Program-made: the position numbers and the translations under genes | Part shown: in pieces, positions 30,148 to 39,496 of the stretch | Position numbering within the stretch: the first letter of the stretch is position 1 | How the letters are laid out: each line of letters opens with the position of its first letter | DNA from: an uncultured virus (IMG/VR IMGVR_UViG_3300016486_001479) | Lineage: Duplodnaviria; Heunggongvirae; Uroviricota; Caudoviricetes | Length of the DNA stretch: 64,000 bases | Virus record (IMG/VR): IMGVR_UViG_3300016486_001479 | Direction: 5' to 3' (one strand) | Notes under the pieces: generated by a model | Databases searched by the model: none | Told to the model about the DNA's origin: nothing | Seen by the model: the letters and a program-made list of their open reading frames with translations, nothing else

Positions 30148-30567
30148 ATGACTTGGACAGATATAATTAACAAAGCCATTGATGAAGCTGAGAAAGGTGG
30201 ACACAAAATAGACAGAACAAAAATACACTGGGGTCAGATGACTACTAACGGAGGCTATAACAGCTTAATCTTTAAGCATGAGTTCGCCGAAGCTATTTTT
30301 GGTAACGGAGAACATTATGATAGATTATTGGAAGTGGAAACACAGAACGCAGAAACAGCAGGAACAGAAATTGATTTTGATTTCCTGCCACTTCCAACTT
30401 GGAAAAAAATGCTTCAGCAGCTGGTAATTCAAGAAGAGCCTTTAGAGTGGTTGTCTAAAGCAATTGACAACAAGGCTAACCTGGAGAACATAGGAAAAGG
30501 AGTCGTTGAGGGAACAAGAGATACCTCCGCAATCCGAGAGATGCTCAAAAAGCAATTCAACCAATAA
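30148..30567 (+). CDS. hypothetical protein
   Basis: ORF, likely start MTWTDII. Confidence 0.6.
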   Translation: MTWTDIINKAIDEAEKGGHKIDRTKIHWGQMTTNGGYNSLIFKHEFAEAIFGNGEHYDRLLEVETQNAETAGTEIDFDFLPLPTWKKMLQQLVIQEEPLEWLSKAIDNKANLENIGKGVVEGTRDTSAIREMLKKQFNQ

Positions 30568-30602
30568 GAAACTTTTTCTTAATTTCTTCGTATATTCAAA
30601 AA

Positions 30603-31037
30603 ATGGGAACAAACTACTACGCAATCAGAATCGTGAGCAATGATGAAAAAGAGGTGCTCAAATCTCTTGTGGACCAAGAACGCTTAAAAGAGCTAAAAAA
30701 AGCTTTTTTTGATACGATAATCCACATTGGAAAGTCTTCTCATGGTTGGGAGTTTTGTTTCAACCACAATAATTGGATGCACTATGATTCATTAGAGTCT
30801 CTGACAAAGTTTCTGTTGAATCATCAAATTTTAGACGAGTACGATACACCCATTACTGCAGATGATTTTTGGAAGCAGGTTAAAGCGAAACGAGGAGGCC
30901 TTACTGGTGATAAATATGCAGACCAGTGGGAAGAAATGCATCCAGAAATCTCAAAACCTTATTATATGGTGGATGGCACAAAGACTGATAACAAGTGGTT
31001 TGGGTTGAGGTTTTCAACCTCAACAGAGTTTTCTTGA
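30603..31037 (+). CDS. conserved phage protein (MGTNYY...HIGKSS.GW.F)
   Basis: Motif pattern; follows promoter motif. Confidence 0.7.
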   Translation: MGTNYYAIRIVSNDEKEVLKSLVDQERLKELKKAFFDTIIHIGKSSHGWEFCFNHNNWMHYDSLESLTKFLLNHQILDEYDTPITADDFWKQVKAKRGGLTGDKYADQWEEMHPEISKPYYMVDGTKTDNKWFGLRFSTSTEFS

Positions 31038-31091
31038 AACCCACATAAGGCTTATATCTAAAAAAAAAGAGAATCACTATACTTTTTTTAA

Positions 31092-31526
31092 ATGAACAAA
31101 TTAATTAAATTATTTATGGCAATTTTTAGAATTGATTCAAATAAGTACGAAGGTAAAGTTGTTAATATTAGTGGAGACGGAGAAATTTACATCGATGGAG
31201 AACAAGTTCATGTTGGAGATAGCAAGCGGGTCGTGAATATTACTGTTGAAGGCGATGTAGAGCTGGTCCAAGGAGCCTTTGGAAATTTAAACGTCACAGG
31301 TAACTCAGGGCGAATAACCTCAGCAAGCGGAGACATTGAAGTAGGAGGAGATATTCGCGGAGACGTTCAAAGCGCTTCTGGTGATATCGAAGTCGGAGGA
31401 AACATTGAAGGCAGCGTTAAAACAGCTTCTGGAGATGTTGATGTAAAAGGAGACATTGCTGGTTTGGTATCAACTAAAAGTGGAGACATTGATGCTAAGA
31501 CAATTAGCGGAGGCATCAGTATGTAG
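31092..31526 (+). CDS. beta-helix repeat protein (SASGDIEVGG repeats)
   Basis: Tandem S.SGD(I/V) repeats. Confidence 0.7.
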   Translation: MNKLIKLFMAIFRIDSNKYEGKVVNISGDGEIYIDGEQVHVGDSKRVVNITVEGDVELVQGAFGNLNVTGNSGRITSASGDIEVGGDIRGDVQSASGDIEVGGNIEGSVKTASGDVDVKGDIAGLVSTKSGDIDAKTISGGISM

Positions 31527-31884
31527 CTTTAACAGAAAGCATTAAATAGCCAGTAATACGGCAAAAAACAGCTGGTTTCAATATGGCTAGTTTTTGATTT
31601 TAGACCTGTATTTATTAATACAATGAAAGGTCGAACAAACATAACCAGCGTAGATATTAAAATGTACAACTTACTTTTTGAAGCAGTAAGTGCACATCCA
31701 GGAACACTTGGAAAACTGATTCCCACTTTTCTAATAAATGAATCCATTTTCTTTTTGAGAACGGTGAAGAGTATGAAAAGTGTGGCGCCCTCAAGAAGTT
31801 TTTTGACAAGCACCCAAGAAAACGCTTAAATTATATCTAGAAAAGATTATCTAGATTTTGGATGGCAACTCATAGAATGAACAC

Positions 31885-32490
31885 ATGGAGATAGAGAATA
31901 CAAAGTTTGAAGGAGTATACATTATAACACCTAAAGTTTTTAAAGATATACGAGGCTCATTTTTTGAATCATTCAATCACGAGAAGTTTGCATTAGCTAC
32001 TGGAGCAGCCCCAGTGTTTATCCAAGATAACATATCTCACTCCACCAGAGGCACTCTAAGAGGGCTTCATTACCAGCTCCCACCACATGCCCAAGCAAAG
32101 CTTGTTAGTGTAATACAGGGTAGCGTCACGGATTTTATCGTAGACTTGCGCCCATACTCAAAAACATTTACTCAGCACGCAGAGTTCGAATTGTCTGGAG
32201 ACAATAAGAAACAGCTGTACATCCCCAAAGGATTTGCGCATGGTTTCTTTTGTTCATTAGATTGCATTATGCATTATAAAGTAGCAGGGAAGTACAACCC
32301 AAAAGTGGAGCGCACTTTAAGGTGGGATGAGCCCCAGTTTGGATTCAAGAATGCGGTCGAGTGCTGCGTAAACCCAGATGGTGTGATTCAATCTTCGAAG
32401 GACCAAGTGGGAATAACCATGAAGGAATGTTTGGCGGAGATTAAAGAGATAGGTCGGGACCCAAAACAATTATCCATAGTAGAGTGGTAA
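31885..32490 (+). CDS. rfbC: dTDP-4-dehydrorhamnose 3,5-epimerase
   Basis: DIRGSFFESF, QDNISHS, LRGLHYQ, QAKLV, GFAHGF. Confidence 0.92.
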   Translation: MEIENTKFEGVYIITPKVFKDIRGSFFESFNHEKFALATGAAPVFIQDNISHSTRGTLRGLHYQLPPHAQAKLVSVIQGSVTDFIVDLRPYSKTFTQHAEFELSGDNKKQLYIPKGFAHGFFCSLDCIMHYKVAGKYNPKVERTLRWDEPQFGFKNAVECCVNPDGVIQSSKDQVGITMKECLAEIKEIGRDPKQLSIVEW

Positions 32491-32563
32491 ACAACGTTAG
32501 TTGAAACTTTTTTATTAATTCATCGTATATTAAACCAAGGCTAATGAAAAAGTCTTTTTATTT

Positions 32564-34891
32564 ATGGATGAGTTATTAGCAAAAAGTACTGGCGAAACCC
32601 TGATTGAGCACAGTCGAAAGGTTGCTGAGGTTGCGGAATATATTGCCGACTCAGTTATAGTTACCTCAGATACAGAAAAAAAACATTTTATATCAGTTAT
32701 CCGCAAAGCGGCGCTTCTTCATGATATTGGAAAAGCCGAAACCGAGTTTCAAACTTTACTCCGAAACTCTTTAAATGGTAAATCCACTAAAACAAAGAAA
32801 AAAGACATTATTTTTTCGCACAATGAAGTGGGATGGGCATTTGTAAGAATGTACATCAGCTTTGACTCAGAGGAGCTAAGACAAGTTGCTGAAGCAGTAT
32901 ACTGGCATCACGGCATTCATAATGTAATGGGCAAGCACACAGATGCGTCTATTCTTGAGTGGGTTCGGAAGAAGAAAGATAATTCTATCGATAGAATGAT
33001 TGAATTCGTCGAAGAATTATTTCCTGGCCAAGTCCTTGATAGGCCAAGAATAGCTGAAACATCAAGCCCTCATTACTATATTAGAGATTTTAACGAGACG
33101 AGCGACCTCAACGTTGACAACACGATTATTCGCATGTGCGTGGTAAGAGCTGACCACTTAGTTAGTGAATTAGGAGATTTTACAGTTGATGAAATTAAAA
33201 AAACTATAAATGAACGACTGATTCAACAACACCGTTACGCTTTTACTAAATGCCCATATCCTGGACATGAAAAAAGATGGACACAACAAGTTGCTTTAGC
33301 ATCTAGGACGACCTCGTTTAAGACTGTTCAAATCAACGCCCCTGCTGGATACGGAAAAACACTTCTAGGTTTACTTTGGAGCACTGTCAACAATAAACGG
33401 CTTATTTGGGTGTGTCCAAGAAATGCTGTGGCACAATCAGTGTACCACAACATCTTAAGAGAGCTTAAAAATGCAGGAATTGAAACTTCAGTAGAATTAT
33501 ATTACGCTGGAAAACAACAGGCCTCAAATTCAGATTTAGGAATAAAGTTTTCAAGCGATATCATTGTAACCAACGTAGATAACTTTTTACGTCCGACAAA
33601 AGAGCATTGTAACGATATTGATTTATTAATGGTATCCGATGCAGATGTTGTATTTGATGAGTATCATGAGCTAGTGTCGGACGGGGCTTTACTGGCTGGT
33701 TTTATAAATCTAATGAAGGTAAGACATCAGATGACAAACGGACGCTCTTTACTGCTGTCCGCAACCCCACTTGATTTATCAGTTTATTGGGATTCATTTG
33801 ACAACTCAACAGCCCATTTGCCTGGAAAATTTGAACATGCTCCTGCTGTCCACAATAAATCATACAAACTCACTACAAAAGAGGGGCGTTCTAGAATATC
33901 TGAAAGTAAAAAAAGCCCTGTTCTTTTTATCTCTAATTCTATAGTTGAGTGTCAAAGAAATAAGCACAAACACAATGAAGATACTATTTTGTTTCATGGA
34001 AAATTTGAGGACGACGACAATCAAGCGCGATTAAGCGTTATTCTTCAAAACTATGGAAAGCAATCCGACAGAAATATTGAAAAAGAACACGTAATAGCGA
34101 GCCCAATAGCACAGGCATCTTTAGATGTTTCTTTTAGGCATTTGATTGAAAGTTGCCTGTCTCCAGAAGCTACTCTTCAAAGAGTAGGCCGTGTCGACAG
34201 GTGGGGAGATTATGATGACCAGTCTGAAATTCTAACATATCGAATCCCTTCAGATAATTCTGGACGAAGTGAGAATAGAGCCCGCGAAACAATGTACTCA
34301 CGAGAACTGTCTGACTTATGGTTTAATTTTCTAACACAAAGTCAAGGGGAAACAACTTTAGATAACCTATATTCTTTGTATAATAAACATTGTAAAGAAA
34401 ATGAAGCCTTAAGAAGAATCTGGTTAAACACAAAATATCGACAAAGCCGCATGGATTTACATGAGAAAATTTATCCTAATAGGTTAACGATTAAAAGTGA
34501 AAACTCGGAAGTCCATAAAATACAAGAAACTAGCTATAGAAGCAAAGGAAATGAAATCTTTTTTACTGCTAAAAAATGGGCAAAAAAAGAATGGACACAG
34601 CCTAAATCAACTCCTATTTATGATTCTATACCCGAAGACTTCCATGAAGACTCCAACGCACTAGCAAAAGTATTTAAGATAATTAAACATCTTAACGATG
34701 AGCCAGATTGCGCTTTTGATTACACTAGATTTTTAAAAGTTCCAAAGCATAGCACAAATCTTGAATTATTGCGTATAATGGCGAAATACAAATCAATGCC
34801 GTATCCGAGGATGGATATGGAATATCATGACATTTACGGATATATTAAAAAAACTTTACTGGAAGAGTTTGACCAGCCAATTTACGAGTAA
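32564..34891 (+). CDS. cas3: CRISPR-associated HD nuclease/helicase Cas3 (no Cas2 fusion)
   Basis: LIEHS, LLHDIGK, HN, WHHG, RADH; APAGYGKT, DEYH, SAT, QRVGRVDRWG; adjacent cas6 and array. Confidence 0.92.
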   Translation: MDELLAKSTGETLIEHSRKVAEVAEYIADSVIVTSDTEKKHFISVIRKAALLHDIGKAETEFQTLLRNSLNGKSTKTKKKDIIFSHNEVGWAFVRMYISFDSEELRQVAEAVYWHHGIHNVMGKHTDASILEWVRKKKDNSIDRMIEFVEELFPGQVLDRPRIAETSSPHYYIRDFNETSDLNVDNTIIRMCVVRADHLVSELGDFTVDEIKKTINERLIQQHRYAFTKCPYPGHEKRWTQQVALASRTTSFKTVQINAPAGYGKTLLGLLWSTVNNKRLIWVCPRNAVAQSVYHNILRELKNAGIETSVELYYAGKQQASNSDLGIKFSSDIIVTNVDNFLRPTKEHCNDIDLLMVSDADVVFDEYHELVSDGALLAGFINLMKVRHQMTNGRSLLLSATPLDLSVYWDSFDNSTAHLPGKFEHAPAVHNKSYKLTTKEGRSRISESKKSPVLFISNSIVECQRNKHKHNEDTILFHGKFEDDDNQARLSVILQNYGKQSDRNIEKEHVIASPIAQASLDVSFRHLIESCLSPEATLQRVGRVDRWGDYDDQSEILTYRIPSDNSGRSENRARETMYSRELSDLWFNFLTQSQGETTLDNLYSLYNKHCKENEALRRIWLNTKYRQSRMDLHEKIYPNRLTIKSENSEVHKIQETSYRSKGNEIFFTAKKWAKKEWTQPKSTPIYDSIPEDFHEDSNALAKVFKIIKHLNDEPDCAFDYTRFLKVPKHSTNLELLRIMAKYKSMPYPRMDMEYHDIYGYIKKTLLEEFDQPIYE

Positions 34892-34933
34892 ACAATTCAT
34901 AGAAATTACATATTAACCTTTAAACAGATTACC

Positions 34934-35754
34934 ATGAGCAAAGTAAAGTCAATTCTTTTTAAAATTGAAATTGAAGGCAATGGCGTTGTTAATTACGATA
35001 GCAATGAGCAACGGTTCCATATTGGAGAAAAATTCCCTTTCTTAAAATCATACCATAGCAACGTAATGTATGCAAAGAGAAACATTTACAACGATGGAAA
35101 AGAGCCTCGTTACAAATTAGTTATTTCGCCTACCTGCATGAAGCATGCGATGTATGATAAAGTGTCTCAAACACCAAAGCTTACACACAATAAAGATTTA
35201 CTTTATGCAAACCTTGCCCATCCAGAAAGCATTCTTAATGGGCACTTGCATGCCATTAAAAACGATACGTTAAAAAGAAAAGGAGCCATTACACTAGTAG
35301 CTGCCGAACAAACGTGCGATGCTCTTTCGCGTCTCGAATTCCATTCAAAGTCTGGTGAGAAAATCAGCTATGAAGCAGACGAAGAAAAAAGTGATAATTC
35401 TATCTACAAAAAAGAAACAATTGGGAAGATTAAGTATTCATCTCAAGGTGCTATAAACCTGAAAGAGCTTCAGTTTTACTCTTGTGACGAAATCATGGGA
35501 CGTTATGGTTTTAATCCCGACCATTTTGATTTATTCAAAAAGTACGCCGACATTCACTTTGGCTCATTTGATAATGAGCTTGGATTTTTCCAAATGAGAG
35601 GAAGTTCTGTAAACATTGCTGAGCGTGGATTCAAATTCACAGATGACCAGGTTCGTTTATTAGTTTCTGTATTTTAGAAAAGCTTCTTACGTTGGACATC
35701 AGTCGAAGCAGTGCTTATGCACGCAAAGAGAAGCTGATGGTGAAACTGGTTTCC
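34934..35754 (+). CDS. cas7: Cas7, resembling type I-F2 (I-Fv) Cas7fv; probable homopolymer frameshift at ~35675, end in N gap
   Basis: VKSILFKIEIEGNGVVNYD, ISPTCMKH, KETIGKIKYSSQGAINLKELQF..D, ERGFKFTDDQVRLLV..LEKLLTLDI follow the order of Cas7fv motifs as recalled from memory. Confidence 0.7.
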
Positions 35755-35992
35755 NNNNNNNNNNNNNNNNNNNNNNNNNNNNNNNNNNNNNNNNNNNNNN
35801 NNNNNNNNNNNNNNNNNNNNNNNNNNNNNNNNNNNNNNNNNNNNNNNNNNNNNNNNNNNNNNNNNNNNNNNNNNNNNNNNNNNNNNNNNNNNNNNNNNNN
35901 NNNNNNNNNNNNNNNNNNNNNNNNNNNNNNNNNNNNNNNNNNNNNNNNNNNNNNNNNNNNNNNNNNNNNNNNNNNNNNNNNNNNNNNNNNNN

Positions 35993-36847
35993 AAAGATGC
36001 AGTTTTGTTTCGTAACCATAAAGACACGAAAGATAAATTGTTTCTTGGAAATAAAGACGCAGGTGAGATTCGAAAGGGGCTCCCTCAATTTGAGTCCTAC
36101 TTAACACATCATCAGATTTCAAATGTCTTGCACGTGCTTTTTAATGAAAGACCAGTCCCTTTTTTTGGGGCCTGTGTCTATCAGAAGCAGGATAGATTGA
36201 TTGAGAAGGCAAAAAACAGCTTCCTAAAGATTGAAGTGCCCACTTGGGTTACTAAAAAAGGGGATGTTCGAGAAATTAAAGAGATATGCCGCACAAGGAA
36301 AGCTTTTTGGAACTCAAACGCCAAAATAACAAACCTCACTTGGGATTTGATTGAAGCCTACCTAAAAGAGCATTATGGTGATTTCATCACAATGCTCATA
36401 GAGGCAACGGGCCACTCAAATATTAGAAAAGTTCCAGTAGAAGATGTGCCTGATATTTTTAAGCAATCTTTAAACTCAGCCTCTAAACAAGCTTTGCTCT
36501 CTCATTTTAGAGAACGTAAAGTTGGAAAAACGGGTGTCGTTAACTGGCTGAGAAATAAGACTCCTACTGATAAAAACGACCCTATGGAGATGGCTAAGGA
36601 CTCTATCGCAAAAGGACTTATGCTGGTTGTTCCCAATGGCATAGATAAAACGATTCGCTTGAGCGGAACCCTTATTGTGCCGCTTGATGAAGAAGACAAA
36701 GAAGTCCTTGAAAACTCAGCTGGTGTGGCAACTATATTGGATGGAGGCTTGGTTTGGATTGAAAGAGTGGTATCGGGAAACAGGCTAAGCATTGAGGGTT
36801 ATGATAGAGTAGGAGATATATCCACTAAACTTACAATAGAGTCATGA
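35993..36847 (+). CDS. cas5: Cas5-like subunit (Cas5fv-like); start in N gap
   Basis: Position between cas7 and cas6; ISNVLHVLF and C-terminal SGTLIV...AGVATILDGGLVWI resemble the Cas5fv RRM core. Confidence 0.55.
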   Translation, partial: KDAVLFRNHKDTKDKLFLGNKDAGEIRKGLPQFESYLTHHQISNVLHVLFNERPVPFFGACVYQKQDRLIEKAKNSFLKIEVPTWVTKKGDVREIKEICRTRKAFWNSNAKITNLTWDLIEAYLKEHYGDFITMLIEATGHSNIRKVPVEDVPDIFKQSLNSASKQALLSHFRERKVGKTGVVNWLRNKTPTDKNDPMEMAKDSIAKGLMLVVPNGIDKTIRLSGTLIVPLDEEDKEVLENSAGVATILDGGLVWIERVVSGNRLSIEGYDRVGDISTKLTIES

Positions 36848-37560
36848 GAATACAGTTAAAATTTAGCTCCGCAAAGGAGTTGGTTCCAAATAACCTTAAG
36901 CACGTTGTGAGTTACATTCATAAATGCTTAGGAAAAGATAATCTCTATCACAATCAACCTTCTAACTATGTTATCTCTAGGATGATTGGAGGAACGATTA
37001 CAGAAGGCGGAACATCCATTGAGTACGCTCATGGAGGCAGTTTGTTTATATCCTCTGGAGACGAGAGCTTTTTAAATAAACTTCTCGCAGGAGCAGGAGC
37101 AAATAAAGATTTTGGATTTGGAATGAAACTGACGGGCATTGAGTTCATCCAAGAAGACTTGTATGATGGTTTTACTGTTTTTAAAACCACTGAAACTGGC
37201 ATTTTGCTAAAGAAAAAAAATGGAGGCCGTTATGAATTTCACACCCTAAATGATGATGGGTTTGAAGAGGAGTTGTCTGAACAAACAAAAAGACGTTTGT
37301 CAAACATTGACAACACTTTAAAATTTGACGGCTTTAGAATTGAAGTTCAGAAATCAAACCACAATAAGGTTAGAGATATTTTGATGAGTTCTTCTGGAGC
37401 CCCAAGTAAAACCAGTGTGAACAAAGCAAATGTATGCAGCGTTGTTGTACATTGCAACAAAAAGATTGCTCAAGCTATTCACGACTATGGTTTGGGACAA
37501 TCTACAGGAATAGGGTTTGGAATGGTTATGGAGATTACAAACTCAAAACTCTACATCTGA
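36844..37560 (+). CDS. cas6: CRISPR endoribonuclease Cas6 (not Cas6f-like)
   Basis: C-terminal G-rich loop YGLGQSTGIGFG; N-terminal YIHKCLG...YH. Confidence 0.88.
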   Translation: MRIQLKFSSAKELVPNNLKHVVSYIHKCLGKDNLYHNQPSNYVISRMIGGTITEGGTSIEYAHGGSLFISSGDESFLNKLLAGAGANKDFGFGMKLTGIEFIQEDLYDGFTVFKTTETGILLKKKNGGRYEFHTLNDDGFEEELSEQTKRRLSNIDNTLKFDGFRIEVQKSNHNKVRDILMSSSGAPSKTSVNKANVCSVVVHCNKKIAQAIHDYGLGQSTGIGFGMVMEITNSKLYI

Positions 37561-37646
37561 CTCCTTGTGCAAGCGCTCTTTGACGTCTTTTTTCCATCCA
37601 GTACATGTGGTTGTTGCTTGTTTATTAGCGCATTAGCCACAGGTAC

Positions 37647-38114
37647 CCTGTTTATCATCTCATTCTGCAAGGGAATCACAACTCTTCCTCAAATCGGTAT
37701 TCATTATAGTCTCCTGTTTATCATCTCATTCTGCAAGGGAATCACAACTGAACAGCAAAATTATTCAAGGCGATTGCCCCTGTTTATCATCTCATTCTGC
37801 AAGGGAATCACAACATAAAGGCTTTCTGATGTATCAATTCCCTCCTGTTTATCATCTCATTCTGCAAGGGAATCACAACATGGCAAGCAAATATGTTTCT
37901 GTTTTGGTACCTGTTTATCATCTCATTCTGCAAGGGAATCACAACACCATCTTGGTAATTCTTTATTTGGCTGTGCCTGTTTATCATCTCATTCTGCAAG
38001 GGAATCACAACTGTTGGGTGCTGTGGCTAATCGTAATCCGCCTGTTTATCATCTCATTCTGCAAGGGAATCACAACTACCTGCCATCTGTTTGAAATATT
38101 TTATCTCCTGTTTA
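37647..38114 (+). CRISPR. CRISPR array part 1: 7 repeats, 7 spacers and an 8-nt repeat remnant
   Basis: CCTGTTTATCATCTCATTCTGCAAGGGAATCACAAC (36 nt) at 37647, 37713, 37779, 37844, 37910, 37976, 38041; spacers 29-30 nt. Confidence 0.97.
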
Positions 38115-38299
38115 AAACGGAATTTCTGCTGATTATTTTTTAGTTTAAGAAGGATGTCTTCGATTTGCTTTATATCTCTGAAATTCTTTGACTTTTGACA
38201 GCAGATTTTGGTGATTTCAGCAAGTGCAAGCCCTTTCAATGTGTTCTCTGTGTTTACAGCTGTTAAAAGATAATTTAGACGGTCGATTTCATTTTCCAT
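38054..38299 (-). CDS. foreign-looking ORF fragment embedded in the CRISPR array
   Basis: 81-aa ORF with A-rich upstream region; reads through spacer 7 into repeat 7. Confidence 0.45.
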   Translation of the reverse strand: MENEIDRLNYLLTAVNTENTLKGLALAEITKICCQKSKNFRDIKQIEDILLKLKNNQQKFRFKQEIKYFKQMAGSCDSLAE

Positions 38300-38367
38300 T
38301 GTTGTTGTTTAATCTGAAATAGGCTGAAATTTATTCGAGATAAATTTTGTTTAGAGAATAATGCTCA

Positions 38368-38667
38368 CCTGTTTATCATCTCATTCTGCAAGGGAATCAC
38401 AACGGGATGCACGGGGCGCATTCAACTTTTAAACCTGTTTATCATCTCATTCTGCAAGGGAATCACAACTTCGCCTAAGGTGGTTATTCCATCGTTAGAC
38501 CTGTTTATCATCTCATTCTGCAAGGGAATCACAACAGCTTGTAGGTATTTGAAGTTGCTCCCTCCCCTGTTTATCATCTCATCCTGTAAGGGAATCACAA
38601 CATTTTGCACTTCTTGGTTTGACATCATACCCCTGTTTATCACCTCATCCTGTAAAGGAATAATTTA
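38368..38667 (+). CRISPR. CRISPR array part 2: 5 repeats (last two variant/degenerate), 4 spacers
   Basis: Repeats at 38368, 38434, 38500, 38566, 38632; 30-nt spacers. Confidence 0.97.
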
Positions 38668-38869
38668 CTACTATTTCACAATACACTAAAAATCAGTAAA
38701 TTGTAAAATAATTTTTAAATATTTACATAAAAACTTGGAATAGATGCAACTTATTGTATATCTTTGCGTCTCAATTATAGAACGAGAAAATATTTTTCCC
38801 AACTATATATTGACAACTAATTCCTTCTCGTCCCTGAGAAATAAAACTTGAAGGTAAAGAACAAAAACA

Positions 38870-38953
38870 ATGAAAACACTCCCAAACATAAATTGGTCGT
38901 CATCAAGATGGAGTTCTAGGAAAAACCTAGGGCCTGACCGAGTTATGCGTTAA
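38870..38953 (+). CDS. attenuator leader peptide MKTLPNINWSSSRWSSRKNLGPDRVMR
   Basis: 27-aa ORF after TATCTTTG promoter (38759), nine consecutive Trp/Ser/Arg codons, followed by terminator. Confidence 0.85.
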   Translation: MKTLPNINWSSSRWSSRKNLGPDRVMR

Positions 38954-38978
38954 TGTGAATTCATAAACGATATCAAGG

Positions 38979-39010
38979 AAAGCCCTAGGAGAAATCTTAG
39001 GGCTTTTTTT
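38979..39010 (+). terminator. attenuator terminator before the Ser/Arg/Trp tRNA operon
   Basis: AAAGCCCTAGGA-GAAA-TCTTAGGGC-T7; competing strand CCTAGGGC at 38926-38933. Confidence 0.88.
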
Positions 39011-39025
39011 GTGTCCAAAAAATAA

Positions 39026-39111
39026 GGAAGGTACCTCGCAAGTGGTGTGGAACAGGGCTTGAACCCCTGGGTGTCGTTTGCTCGGCAGGGGTTCGAACCC
39101 TCTATCTTCCT
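39026..39111 (+). tRNA. tRNA-Ser(TGA)
   Basis: CAGGG-CT TGA AC-CCCTG, long variable arm, T arm. Confidence 0.8.
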
Positions 39112-39143
39112 CAATACAGTTCTTTGACATGTTGGGTTTTTAT

Positions 39144-39231
39144 GGAAGTGACGCGAATGTTGTCATTGTCGCACCAGTCTTGAAAACTGGCTCACTTAAT
39201 TGTGACGAGGGTTGGATTCCCTTCGCTTCCT
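39144..39231 (+). tRNA. tRNA-Ser(TGA)
   Basis: CCAGT-CT TGA AA-ACTGG, long variable arm. Confidence 0.75.
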
Positions 39232-39267
39232 CAAAGTCGTGACTCTCGACTCAAACTAGAGCCATAT

Positions 39268-39357
39268 GGCGAGGTACTCAAATGGTAAAGAGGCCGCTTT
39301 GCTAAAGCGGTAGGGCAGTAAAATGTTACGTGGGTTCGACCCCCATCTTCGCCTCCA
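39268..39357 (+). tRNA. tRNA-Ser(GCT)
   Basis: CCGCT-TT GCT AA-AGCGG, encoded CCA. Confidence 0.9.
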
Positions 39358-39360
39358 TAT

Positions 39361-39445
39361 GGATAGATACTCAAATGGTAAAGAGGCTGTCTTGGAAAGG
39401 CAGTAGGCCCTTCGGGGTGCGAGAGTTCGAACCCCACTTCGTCCA
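39361..39445 (+). tRNA. tRNA-Ser(GGA), 3' half poorly paired
   Basis: CTGTC-TT GGA AA-GGCAG; mismatches in T and acceptor stems. Confidence 0.7.
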
Positions 39446-39496
39446 CCCCTGGGCGGTTTTGTACTTTTTGAAGCTATGTATTAGAAATAATACACC

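Noticed and set aside
37632..38031. Self-targeting: spacer 6 shares 11 nt (CTGTGGCTAAT) with the reverse strand of the leader
   Set aside because: Too short to be distinguished from chance
37567..38689. ORF-track calls at 37567, 37808, 37829, 38422 and 38480
   Set aside because: Artefacts of translating CRISPR repeats
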